Assembly (NCBI GenBank): GCA_964572155.1
Contig: CAZNDZ010000003.1
Span: forward strand, 74,224 to 138,223
Length of the DNA stretch: 64,000 nt
Direction of reading: 5' to 3'
From: an uncultured Planctomycetales bacterium
GTDB taxonomy: Bacteria; Omnitrophota; Gorgyraeia; Zapsychrales; Fredricksoniimonadaceae
The position numbers and the translations under genes are program-made. Below, piece after piece: positions 53,943 to 63,255 of this stretch (positions are counted from its first letter, which is position 1; each line of letters starts with the position of its first letter). The notes beneath the pieces are model-generated. The model saw nothing but the letters and a program-made list of their open reading frames with translations. It was not told the DNA's origin and did no database searches.

Positions 53943-55393
53943 TTTCCTCTTTGCAAGAACTCCAGATTTAAGAACGGCGCAATAAGGGATAATTTTAATC
54001 CCATTAGCCCATAAAGACAAATAAGAATTATTTTAATCAGTAAACTTATAAACAATGGAACGTTCATGACCGATACGTTCCACGCCACAATGCTTGCGAT
54101 AATAAATGCCATGAAAATGGCCGCGATCTTCAAATGCGGCCACAAAATACGATAAAAATGTTGGGCTACCAAACATGTTAAAGTGGTCATGATAATCCCT
54201 GTCACAAGTGTTGCGTAGGCCGCACCCAAGGATGCCCAATGCTTGATAAAGAAAATGCTCATGACAATATTAACGCCATACGTTACTAACAATAAACCCG
54301 AGGTGATATATGTTTTTTTCAAATAAATCAACTGCATGCTGCCAATCTTTGAAAAAAACAACACCACATAATAGGCGCTAAAAATCATGACCACATAATT
54401 AACCCCAGCGTAACTCTTTGGTAAAACAATTCCCATGATTTCCTGACAAAACAATACCAAGAGCAATGCCCCGCCGGTGGCTGCGTAAAAAAATGGTGCT
54501 AAGTATTCCCCTATTTCCTTCTGGGCTTTCTTTGGGTCATCAAACATCTGCTGATAGGCATGCGGTTGAAAGACGTTTTCTAGCGCATTCTCAAAGGCAA
54601 AAACCAAATACCCAATCTTTTGCCCGATGCTATAAATCCCTACCCCTCCAAGCGATCCCAAGATATTAATCAAATACCGGTCAATGCGCGTGCTAAATAC
54701 ACCTAAGAAAATGCGCGGGGTTAAGGGCAAGGAGATCGCCCATGCTTCTTTAAGCGCTACCCAACTAAAATGAAAAGGACATTCTCTATGAATTTGAATC
54801 AATAAAACAATGCTTAAAATAAACAGCGATACAAATTTAGACAATAAGATCCCCGTCACGGACCAATGAAATCCCAAAAGAAATAGAAGTGACAAACCTA
54901 AATATAAACCGCAATTCATAAGCGAGAACTTTAAATACACGCTTGGTCTTTTGCTATTACGATAAAATGCTAGGAATAAATCAAACACCGATGCAAAAAA
55001 AGTGCCGCATAAATCAAGGGTTAATACCTTTGTTTGCCCAGGGATTCGAAATAGAAACTGTGCAATGGCCTCTCCCCAGAAAATCGTACACATCAGCAAG
55101 ATGATGAAGTTAAAACACACAAAGGCCAGAATCGAATAAATCAATTGTGATAAACGCACTTGATCTTTGGCGTACGCAAAAAAGTTGCGGTCAAAGGCAA
55201 TGCTGCTGCCTAAGAAAGCTATGCCAGCCACGAAGACCGCATAAATTTCAGACAAAGCCAAGATACCAAAGTCTTCTTTTGTGAGAACCCGAGCGAAAAT
55301 GGGCAATGTCAACACAGGCACTGCCGTTGTAAATACCACGGCTAATGTGTAGGCCGATGAGCTTTTTAATTGCTGTGTAAATAACTTACCCAT
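53936..55393 (-). CDS. Wzx-type polysaccharide flippase (MOP superfamily)
   Basis: 485 aa with about 12-14 TM helices and the typical N-terminus of polysaccharide-biosynthesis exporters. Confidence 0.7.
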   Translation of the reverse strand: MGKLFTQQLKSSSAYTLAVVFTTAVPVLTLPIFARVLTKEDFGILALSEIYAVFVAGIAFLGSSIAFDRNFFAYAKDQVRLSQLIYSILAFVCFNFIILLMCTIFWGEAIAQFLFRIPGQTKVLTLDLCGTFFASVFDLFLAFYRNSKRPSVYLKFSLMNCGLYLGLSLLFLLGFHWSVTGILLSKFVSLFILSIVLLIQIHRECPFHFSWVALKEAWAISLPLTPRIFLGVFSTRIDRYLINILGSLGGVGIYSIGQKIGYLVFAFENALENVFQPHAYQQMFDDPKKAQKEIGEYLAPFFYAATGGALLLVLFCQEIMGIVLPKSYAGVNYVVMIFSAYYVVLFFSKIGSMQLIYLKKTYITSGLLLVTYGVNIVMSIFFIKHWASLGAAYATLVTGIIMTTLTCLVAQHFYRILWPHLKIAAIFMAFIIASIVAWNVSVMNVPLFISLLIKIILICLYGLMGLKLSLIAPFLNLEFLQRGKK

Positions 55394-57347
55394 GGGCTAA
55401 TTGCTCCTTAAAACGCAACATGGCCTGCCCGTCTAAGTAAGCATCAACCTTGCCTTTTATATATGTATCTAAATATTGATCAAAGGCTTGATCAGACATT
55501 GCTAGTAATGCATCAATCCTTCGCGTCAGATCGTCGTACCCATGCACCACAAGCCCTGGGATCTGATCATAATCAATGCCCTGATGCTTATGACCCGACT
55601 CATACCAAAAAGCTTTTTTGCGGGCGCTTAACGCTTCTGCCGTCGGAGATGACATGCAATGGGTGATGACCACATCGCTAGCTGCAATGATGCGGTTATT
55701 AAAAGAAAAATCAACAAAGCTTTTTGCGGTTAACTCTTGGCTAATGGGCCAATACACCCTGGGATTATCCTTGATCTTCTTCCACAAACTTAAAATGGCC
55801 TCTCCTTTTTCCGGGGCCGCCGCTGGGTGGTCTGGATGACAATAGAAAGTTGGACTCTTAGATGGTTTAAAAACAAAAATATGCTTAGGATATGCGTCTA
55901 TCAATCTCAACATATCTTGATAAAAGGCTAAACAGTCGTCGAAATTTGTCCAACACGCATCCGCATTGATAAATGTCGTATCAAAAATAACAATCAATTT
56001 GCGTTGATCCACATCTGAAATCTTAGGGAAGCATTCCTGTCGGATCACAAGCGCTTGCGACTTCTTATCCATGATCATTTGTCCATATAATGAACCAATG
56101 GCTTGATAATTGCTGACATTTTGATGATGCATCTTATAATACGCAATGACATCCTGATTAAATCCAACAAAATGATCATACGATAAGAATGACCAAATAA
56201 CATTGCGCACCGAACGAACATCGTTATCTTTGGCAATGAAATACGTACCCCCCAGAAAACATGAATAATTCCACGATGTCTTTTGCTGTGTTCTCAAAAA
56301 TAAACATATAGCAGAAACTTGAATATTTTCCTGATTAGTAAAAACCAAATTCTTAAAATTAATGCGCTGTAATATCAGTCTCCAGTCACAAAATTTCTGC
56401 ATGGCAATAAAATATACCCGCCACATGGATGATGGCTCTTGAAATGAAAAACATGTTTCTAAAAGACTCTTAAAAATTGCGCCAAAGAATGACATGTCCC
56501 ATTGAGCTTTTGCTAAAGAACCCACACCATGGTCTTTTTTAATTCGATAGAAGAAATACCCTTTACTAGATTCACGTTCAATTAGTTGGTCTGATAAACC
56601 GCTGTGATCTATGAAGGCCGTATTAGATGGATGAAAGCATTTCCCATCCATCAGAAAGTCATACCCTCTATCCCCACTGCGCTCAACTTCAAGACGGGAA
56701 CCAATAAAGACGGCATGATCGAATGACGTCTTTAAAACCTTAGGCTTAAACGTCACAGCACCCAGAAAACACCCTAAAAATCGTAAGCCTACAAAAGCCA
56801 AGGCAAAGTTCTTATAACCTTCTTTACGAATAAATTCTTTGAAACTAAGCCATGGATCGTCATGAACAACAATATTGTTAGGTAATGCAGCATCATGGGC
56901 AATCGTGTCATATAAGAACTTATGCCAATAGCTAAAACGATTACTGTAAAACACGATCTTGGATTGAGGATGAATCTTGGCGAGATGCGTTAAATGATCG
57001 ACAATATAACAGAATTTAAAGATGTCTTCCGCCAGACCTCGACGAAAAAGAAAGGAAACATCTGGTACGCCATACAATGCTGCTGTTGATTTATAAACCG
57101 CAGTGCCCTCAATGTAAGGCAGCAAGCGATTCGCCAAATCAATGGCCTGCCCTTGGGCCTTGCTTAAGCCATCAATAAAAATACGCTCTAATTGTCCACT
57201 ATCTACAAAACCACGCAGGTGTTTCTTAGTCTTAACTTGAAAGTCCCAATCAAAAACCGACGGAACAACACCCTGCTTTACATAATTTTTAAAGATGGCA
57301 AAATTACTCGACGATATGTCTTCAAAAATAACAAGGTCATGGCTCAT
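55386..57347 (-). CDS. large soluble protein of unknown function; candidate transferase for the activated sugar (HP-containing motif FYCHPDHP)
   Basis: 653 aa with no TM segments. Its C-terminal ~250 aa loosely resembles TagF/capsule-synthesis-type transferases. Confidence 0.4.
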   Translation of the reverse strand: MSHDLVIFEDISSSNFAIFKNYVKQGVVPSVFDWDFQVKTKKHLRGFVDSGQLERIFIDGLSKAQGQAIDLANRLLPYIEGTAVYKSTAALYGVPDVSFLFRRGLAEDIFKFCYIVDHLTHLAKIHPQSKIVFYSNRFSYWHKFLYDTIAHDAALPNNIVVHDDPWLSFKEFIRKEGYKNFALAFVGLRFLGCFLGAVTFKPKVLKTSFDHAVFIGSRLEVERSGDRGYDFLMDGKCFHPSNTAFIDHSGLSDQLIERESSKGYFFYRIKKDHGVGSLAKAQWDMSFFGAIFKSLLETCFSFQEPSSMWRVYFIAMQKFCDWRLILQRINFKNLVFTNQENIQVSAICLFLRTQQKTSWNYSCFLGGTYFIAKDNDVRSVRNVIWSFLSYDHFVGFNQDVIAYYKMHHQNVSNYQAIGSLYGQMIMDKKSQALVIRQECFPKISDVDQRKLIVIFDTTFINADACWTNFDDCLAFYQDMLRLIDAYPKHIFVFKPSKSPTFYCHPDHPAAAPEKGEAILSLWKKIKDNPRVYWPISQELTAKSFVDFSFNNRIIAASDVVITHCMSSPTAEALSARKKAFWYESGHKHQGIDYDQIPGLVVHGYDDLTRRIDALLAMSDQAFDQYLDTYIKGKVDAYLDGQAMLRFKEQLAHG

Positions 57348-58363
57348 ATTTTGCGGTGGAAACTATTTGGATCAAAAACTACAGCCAAATCCTTATTGAG
57401 TGGTTCAATGGCATCGTTCTTATTCTTCCAACAATTGCCACACAAAGTTCCTTCTAATTTTCCTGTTAAATGCATTTTACGTAACTGGGCAACGGCATGA
57501 GAATTCCACGCTTCTTTAAGGCCAGTGACATTTAAATCTGCAGTCGCTACATAATTCTGATAATCAACGCAACACGACGTCATATAGCCTTCGGCCGTGA
57601 CATAAAAACGGTTAAAGGGCAGATTACAAATACCCTCGTGATTTTTACCTTTGGTAGGGTTCAATGCTTTCATATAGGACGCTTGGTCGCCTTGCTCAAA
57701 GAAAACCACTTCATCAACCCAAGATTCAATCATTGCCTTGAAAGATTCTTTCTCATGACGATTAAGATCCGTCACCACATAGGTTACAAATAAATATAAT
57801 GGCCTACCTAAAGTTTTGCGCACTTCTGAAAGATGTTTTAAATTCTTAAGCACTAACTCGAAATCATCTTTGCGGTGTGTTGCTAAATATGTTTCACGGC
57901 TACCGGAATTGATCGAAAACTTAATTGAATCAATCCCAGCATCCAAGATTTCTTTGACTTTCTGTGGAGTTGCTAAGGCGCCATTGCTTGAAATATATAC
58001 ATACCGATACCCCATGGCCTTTGCCTCTTTGATCAATAGCCCTAGTTCTTTATACATCAACGACTCTCCCGTCGTATAAAGACCTAATTCATCGGTCCCA
58101 AGCGCCCTTGCTTCCTTCATAACTTTCAAGATAAATGACGGGTCAATCACGCGTTTCCGTCGTGTCATGTGCGGATTCGTACAAAAAACACAGGCGTGAT
58201 TACAAGCATTGGTTACCTCCACTTCCATGGTGCGTGGAAATGGTGGATGCTCCGTATAAAAATTATTCTTTTGATTATATTCATACTGCTCTTTAGCACG
58301 CTGGCTTAATTTACCCACGGTGGTTCTCCTTATCATCTTGAAGCGATTTGATATACCCTTCAT
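57344..58363 (-). CDS. radical SAM enzyme with Cys-rich C-terminal region, paralog B
   Basis: HPPFP...VEVTNACNHACVFCTNP parallels paralog A. C-terminal cysteines at CNLPF, SCCVDY and CGNC. It overlaps the upstream cytidylyltransferase gene by 26-53 nt. Confidence 0.85.
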   Translation of the reverse strand: MKGISNRFKMIRRTTVGKLSQRAKEQYEYNQKNNFYTEHPPFPRTMEVEVTNACNHACVFCTNPHMTRRKRVIDPSFILKVMKEARALGTDELGLYTTGESLMYKELGLLIKEAKAMGYRYVYISSNGALATPQKVKEILDAGIDSIKFSINSGSRETYLATHRKDDFELVLKNLKHLSEVRKTLGRPLYLFVTYVVTDLNRHEKESFKAMIESWVDEVVFFEQGDQASYMKALNPTKGKNHEGICNLPFNRFYVTAEGYMTSCCVDYQNYVATADLNVTGLKEAWNSHAVAQLRKMHLTGKLEGTLCGNCWKNKNDAIEPLNKDLAVVFDPNSFHRKI

Positions 58364-59078
58364 TGCGGCGAATATGTTGATTGATACGCCCTAACTGAGG
58401 CTGTTGTTCTAAGAATGCTAAGATGTCATTCATGCCAAAAAAATGGTTCTTGTTATATAGCGCCTTATATATCGCTTGTATCAGCGCATAGTCTTCGGCA
58501 TTATCTAATGTCCAACGATGCTGCCCATAATCAACAGCACTTGTCACACTGGTCAATTTAAAAATCTCAGGGTGCTGTTTCAAATATGGCGTCACGTGCT
58601 CCCTTTGAGAGGGAAGCGTTGCGCTCTGCCATGCTTTTTCTAACGCATCAAATGTCATCACTTCCACATCTTCCCCATCAGGATATGTTTCTTTTATAGT
58701 ATTTGATGTGTAGTCTGACTCTGTCTTTAAATGCACCTCAATCACATGATCAATGACCGATGCATCCATCAAAGGGCAATCTGCTGTGATTCTAACCACG
58801 TGTGTTGGTCGAAATTGCTTCGCGGTCTGATAATAACGGTCTAACACATCTGTTTGTGAGCCGCGCGTGCATACAATGCCTTTTGCTGTGCACAATTCAA
58901 GCACGACATCATCATCATCCTGCTGTGTTGTCGCCACAATCACACGGTTAACCTTCTGGCTTTGAGCAACGCGCTCAACCACACGCTCAAGTACCGTTGC
59001 ACCTTCTAAATCCAAGAGCACTTTACCCGGCAATCGTGTTGCGTTCATCCTAGCTTGAATGATGGCAATGATCATCAA
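58311..59078 (-). CDS. acylneuraminate cytidylyltransferase family protein (NeuA/PseF/SpsF-like CMP-sugar synthetase)
   Basis: IIQARMNATRLPGKVL and ITADCPL. Confidence 0.75.
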   Translation of the reverse strand: MMIIAIIQARMNATRLPGKVLLDLEGATVLERVVERVAQSQKVNRVIVATTQQDDDDVVLELCTAKGIVCTRGSQTDVLDRYYQTAKQFRPTHVVRITADCPLMDASVIDHVIEVHLKTESDYTSNTIKETYPDGEDVEVMTFDALEKAWQSATLPSQREHVTPYLKQHPEIFKLTSVTSAVDYGQHRWTLDNAEDYALIQAIYKALYNKNHFFGMNDILAFLEQQPQLGRINQHIRRNEGYIKSLQDDKENHRG

Positions 59079-61009
59079 TACCAGCCCGTCGCTGACAATG
59101 TAGCTAATGAATAAAGGTTTGTAAAATCTCGCCCTTTGGCTTCTTTACCAGCAAGATAATCATCTACCAAACGATCTAAATATTTTATATCAAAATGCGA
59201 CGGGGCTAAGATATTGCGGTAAGCCCGTTGGCTTAAAACTTCTTTAAAATGAACGCTAATTCCAGAGCGGTACGTAATCTCAGCTAAAATAGAAAATCCT
59301 TCAATCGTATCATACAAATACGAATGAGGCCCCTCTTGCAATAACTTATAAGGGAATTTGATTTTGTTTTCTGCGACCCATTTTAAAGGATATTTTACAT
59401 GATTAAAATCTAAGCCACGACCCCAGCTTTCAGGTGCTTGGGACAAGAAATCAACCAAACGTTGATCGTGGAATGGCGAACGCCATTGATGGCCATTAAA
59501 CTCCAAGCAATGCTTGATCAAATTTACCGTCGATCCTTGTGAATGCATCGAATGATATAAATGACAAAACCATGCATACATGGTCTTTTCATTAAATGAT
59601 TTGGATAAATTGGGATATAGGTCTCTTAATAAATACTGCGACAACTTTCCTTGAGTCGATGACGTAAAGACAGGATTGCCCAAGGTCTTCGCAAAAGGAA
59701 TCCGTGGGGAACCATAAAACAACGGCAGTAAATAACTTTCTAACCGTTCTTGGTCACTGCCCCATTTATCCTGAAAGGCAACGCCTTCTAACATCTTTAA
59801 AAAGATTTGATATACCTTATCTTTCCCCTCAACTCCACGTTTAACCTTTTCATAAAACGAAGGGCCATACAAATAACAATTCATCTTATCGCCATACTCG
59901 GTGAAAGATTTTTGCGAATGAAAGAACGTGCAAAACTGTGAAAATCCAAAATTATGAAATGAATCGGACGTCTCTCCATTAAAGACCAATTGACCTGGTG
60001 TTGATGCTTCGGTGATACCATCCGACAATCTAGAAAAGTTAAAACCTGTAAAGCTATACATATGTTTAGAGCGCAACTTAGGTGCAACGGCTTTCCAATA
60101 CGCAATGGAACCCTTGCTTTTTAAATTCCAATCCACAATGGTTGGCTTTAAGCCATAAAACTCCCCGATTTTCTTAACCTTATTAATTTCATACGCATTA
60201 ATTTTGCCTGTTTTCTCTGAATATAACATGCTCCCCGTCGACATTTCAATGCGCTTCGAACCATACATATCAACAAGTAAACCCAATATAATAGAAGAAT
60301 CCCAACCACTTGAACTTGAAATCCATATCTTTCCTTTCACATGCTGGCTTCGCGCATGGATAGATTCTTTCAAGATCTTGTAATAATCTTCCAAATTACT
60401 TTGGTCGTATTGCTTAATCTCTCTGGGCTTGAACTGCGCAACCTTGGATGTTAAACCTTTGCTTGATAGTGTTAAAATTTCGCCCACTTTGATTTGCAAA
60501 ACATTTTTATAAATTGTTGTCCCTTTGGGCGTATACCAACCATACACCGAAAAGAAATGGGACAACATCAATTGGTCATGCACAGGTTTGACATGCGAAA
60601 ATATAAAATCTAGATTTGTTGATAGGCAAAATAAATCCTCGCTATGTGCATAAAAAGAATCTACCCTCGAATATACGTCGGTAAAAATCTCAACGCTTTG
60701 TTTTGCCTGCTGCACCACAAACCCAATGTATTGTCCTTCTAAGACTTCAATAACTTCCTTCAATGGCGCTTTAGTAAAAATCTTTTTTAAAGCCTCTTGT
60801 GGATTAGCACTTAACAACAATGCTTTCTCACCTTGACGGATATAAAACACATCGCCATACAAATAAACAACACGACCATCGGATAATTTCAAGGTGTGTG
60901 TGGCTGCGCTTGTGTTTAAATAACAGGTCCCTGCGGCACCTAAATCAACGACGGGTGTTAAGCCTTTTGCCTTACTGTGGTCTGACGTCTTTAAAAACTC
61001 TAATTCCAT
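59075..61009 (-). CDS. asparagine synthetase B-like protein (PP-loop ATP pyrophosphatase domain, glutaminase-domain Cys absent); candidate sugar-acid amidotransferase
   Basis: PP-loop ISSSSGWDSS (SGGxDSS). 644 aa. The N-terminus is MELEF rather than MCG. Confidence 0.6.
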   Translation of the reverse strand: MELEFLKTSDHSKAKGLTPVVDLGAAGTCYLNTSAATHTLKLSDGRVVYLYGDVFYIRQGEKALLLSANPQEALKKIFTKAPLKEVIEVLEGQYIGFVVQQAKQSVEIFTDVYSRVDSFYAHSEDLFCLSTNLDFIFSHVKPVHDQLMLSHFFSVYGWYTPKGTTIYKNVLQIKVGEILTLSSKGLTSKVAQFKPREIKQYDQSNLEDYYKILKESIHARSQHVKGKIWISSSSGWDSSIILGLLVDMYGSKRIEMSTGSMLYSEKTGKINAYEINKVKKIGEFYGLKPTIVDWNLKSKGSIAYWKAVAPKLRSKHMYSFTGFNFSRLSDGITEASTPGQLVFNGETSDSFHNFGFSQFCTFFHSQKSFTEYGDKMNCYLYGPSFYEKVKRGVEGKDKVYQIFLKMLEGVAFQDKWGSDQERLESYLLPLFYGSPRIPFAKTLGNPVFTSSTQGKLSQYLLRDLYPNLSKSFNEKTMYAWFCHLYHSMHSQGSTVNLIKHCLEFNGHQWRSPFHDQRLVDFLSQAPESWGRGLDFNHVKYPLKWVAENKIKFPYKLLQEGPHSYLYDTIEGFSILAEITYRSGISVHFKEVLSQRAYRNILAPSHFDIKYLDRLVDDYLAGKEAKGRDFTNLYSLATLSATGWY

Positions 61010-61032
61010 AATGCCTCCTTACGTTGCCAAAA

Positions 61033-61926
61033 TTATTTTGGCCACAACGCAACATTCAACAAATCTTCTTTCAAGAATGCAAACTCCGCTTCAATGCGGT
61101 GAAAGATATTGATATTCGACGGGGCCTGTTGCCACAATGCAACATTCTCCATCACCTGATGTTTCGACTCAGCTCCAAAAATAATATAAGCCTCTGGCCA
61201 TTTCCATTGAACATACGCTAAACACAACGCTTTTCTAGAAAGTCCTGATTCATTGGCGTATTGCTCAAGCTTCGTAACAATTTCACGTGCCATGGGAATA
61301 CGCACGGGGATCTTTTCAATTTCCATGAGGAGTAAACCTTGTAAGAAAATACTGCGCACATACACCCGCTTATTCAAACGTTTCGCTAACGCAAACACAC
61401 CAACTGCTTCAAAGCGACGATCTAAAATATTAGACGGACATTGCACAAAATCGATGTCAGGATTATTTAAAGCCTCCATGGCTTTAGACGGTGCATAAAC
61501 AGAAACTCCCAATCTTTTTACCCTACCATCATTTACCAATCCTCTTAAAGCAGCCCCTAGGCCATCGTGCCATCTGCTTAATAGGTTTTCATCATGCAAC
61601 ATGAGCCCATCAATGCATGATATATTAAGATCCATCAAAGACCGATCGACCGACGCTGTGACATTAGATAGATCATTGATATCTAGTTTAGGATCAAGCT
61701 TTGTCATAACATCAACACGCTCACTCAACCCCAATCGCATCAATGCATCACCCAGAACCTGTTCGCTGTCACCATAACCTTGAGCAGTATCAAAATCTTT
61801 GATACCACTAACCCATGCAGCACGGATAATATCATCCACTGCATCTTGAGACGGTTTTCCTAAGACATTATTAATGCCATAAGCTAATCCTAATTGTGCC
61901 GTTCCAAGAACAAGATGATCAGTCAT
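61033..61926 (-). CDS. aldo/keto reductase
   Basis: The N-terminal GTAQLGLAYG signature. 297 aa. Confidence 0.8.
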   Translation of the reverse strand: MTDHLVLGTAQLGLAYGINNVLGKPSQDAVDDIIRAAWVSGIKDFDTAQGYGDSEQVLGDALMRLGLSERVDVMTKLDPKLDINDLSNVTASVDRSLMDLNISCIDGLMLHDENLLSRWHDGLGAALRGLVNDGRVKRLGVSVYAPSKAMEALNNPDIDFVQCPSNILDRRFEAVGVFALAKRLNKRVYVRSIFLQGLLLMEIEKIPVRIPMAREIVTKLEQYANESGLSRKALCLAYVQWKWPEAYIIFGAESKHQVMENVALWQQAPSNINIFHRIEAEFAFLKEDLLNVALWPK

Positions 61927-61930
61927 TATA

Positions 61931-63247
61931 TTATGTAACTCTTTTAAACCCAGCTGCCGAAGGCTTTCCTTTTAAGGCGCGTGATAATTGGCCTTTTTTT
62001 GCTAACAATGCCATGCGTGTAAAAATAATTTCCGTTGCTTTTAAATATGCCTTCACATGCTGCGGTGTATGTGCATACATCGGATAAAATATATTCGATG
62101 CTAAGAAACCTGCTTTTAGCATCTCTTGAACATAATATGCTTTCATGGTCAAATGCATTGATCCGTCAAAGGTGAAATGACTCAGTGGCTCGATACCACC
62201 GACATGAATAGATAACCCTGCTTTTTTAGCAGCCTGTTGCCAACCATCTTGCACCATGCGGCCCATACGTACCAAATGCGCACCGACATTTTTCTGACGA
62301 TGTTTCTTAATCGTTGCTAAGGCCGCCACAAACCCAACCCGTTCGGTCCACATCGTCGAGCTTATAAACGATTCTTCTGCTGCTTCCATGACATTGCCCT
62401 TGCCAATGATCGCTGCAATAGGAAAACCATTGCCCATGGCTTTAGAAAATACTGCCATATCCGGTGTGACCTTATAATGCATATGCATGCCACTAGTGTA
62501 ACAACGAAAACCACTTGAAACTTCATCAAAGATAAACACAGCGCCATGTGCCGCGGCCAACTTCTTGACCGCTGCTAAGAATCCTGGCAATGGGGCAATA
62601 TTACGGATTGGTTCCATAACAACCGCAGCTACTTGACCACGATTTTTGATTAAGATCTGCTTTAATTCATCTATTTTATTGTAACCAAATGGCAATGCGG
62701 TTCCTTGCAAGCCTTTAGGAACACCGACGGGACTTAGTCCGGGTAATAAATGTTCACCCAACGCATTAGCGGTACCTAAATTTGCCGCCAAGTACCAATC
62801 ATGCCATCCATGATAGCCGCATATGGCTACTTTATCTTTCTTGGTATAGGCACGGGCAATGCGTACAGCCACAGCCATAGCCTCTCCACCGCAACGCGTA
62901 AAACGCACTTTCTTCGCCCATGGATGGATATCACATAACATTTGGGCAAGATCTACTTCTTCGGCACAATTCAATGAAGAACTTGACCCGTTGTTAACAG
63001 CTGCTATGACCGCACGATTAACATCAGGATCAGCATACCCTAAAACATTTGCGCCAATTCCTGCGATGCTCATGTCGATATATTTATTACCATCTAAATC
63101 CCAAACATGAACACCTTCGGCTTTTTTATAATAGGCCGGCCAAACACCCAACGAAAACATATCGGGGCGTTTTGATAATAATTGGGACATCCCAGGTATT
63201 AATTGTGCTGCTTGTCTTTGATATTGGAGTGAACGTCTTGTGGACAT
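61931..63247 (-). CDS. class III PLP-dependent aminotransferase (GSA-aminomutase-like fold)
   Basis: FDEVSSGFR..G and an AVFSKAMGNGFPIAA region containing the PLP Lys. Confidence 0.85.
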   Translation of the reverse strand: MSTRRSLQYQRQAAQLIPGMSQLLSKRPDMFSLGVWPAYYKKAEGVHVWDLDGNKYIDMSIAGIGANVLGYADPDVNRAVIAAVNNGSSSSLNCAEEVDLAQMLCDIHPWAKKVRFTRCGGEAMAVAVRIARAYTKKDKVAICGYHGWHDWYLAANLGTANALGEHLLPGLSPVGVPKGLQGTALPFGYNKIDELKQILIKNRGQVAAVVMEPIRNIAPLPGFLAAVKKLAAAHGAVFIFDEVSSGFRCYTSGMHMHYKVTPDMAVFSKAMGNGFPIAAIIGKGNVMEAAEESFISSTMWTERVGFVAALATIKKHRQKNVGAHLVRMGRMVQDGWQQAAKKAGLSIHVGGIEPLSHFTFDGSMHLTMKAYYVQEMLKAGFLASNIFYPMYAHTPQHVKAYLKATEIIFTRMALLAKKGQLSRALKGKPSAAGFKRVT

Positions 63248-63255
63248 ATGGCCTC

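Noticed and set aside
45693-57347. Considered calling the 550-aa and 653-aa proteins paralogs, or KpsC/KpsS homologs.
   Set aside because: Only short HP-containing motifs are shared. No alignable similarity is visible by eye. Left as separate unknowns with a transferase hypothesis.
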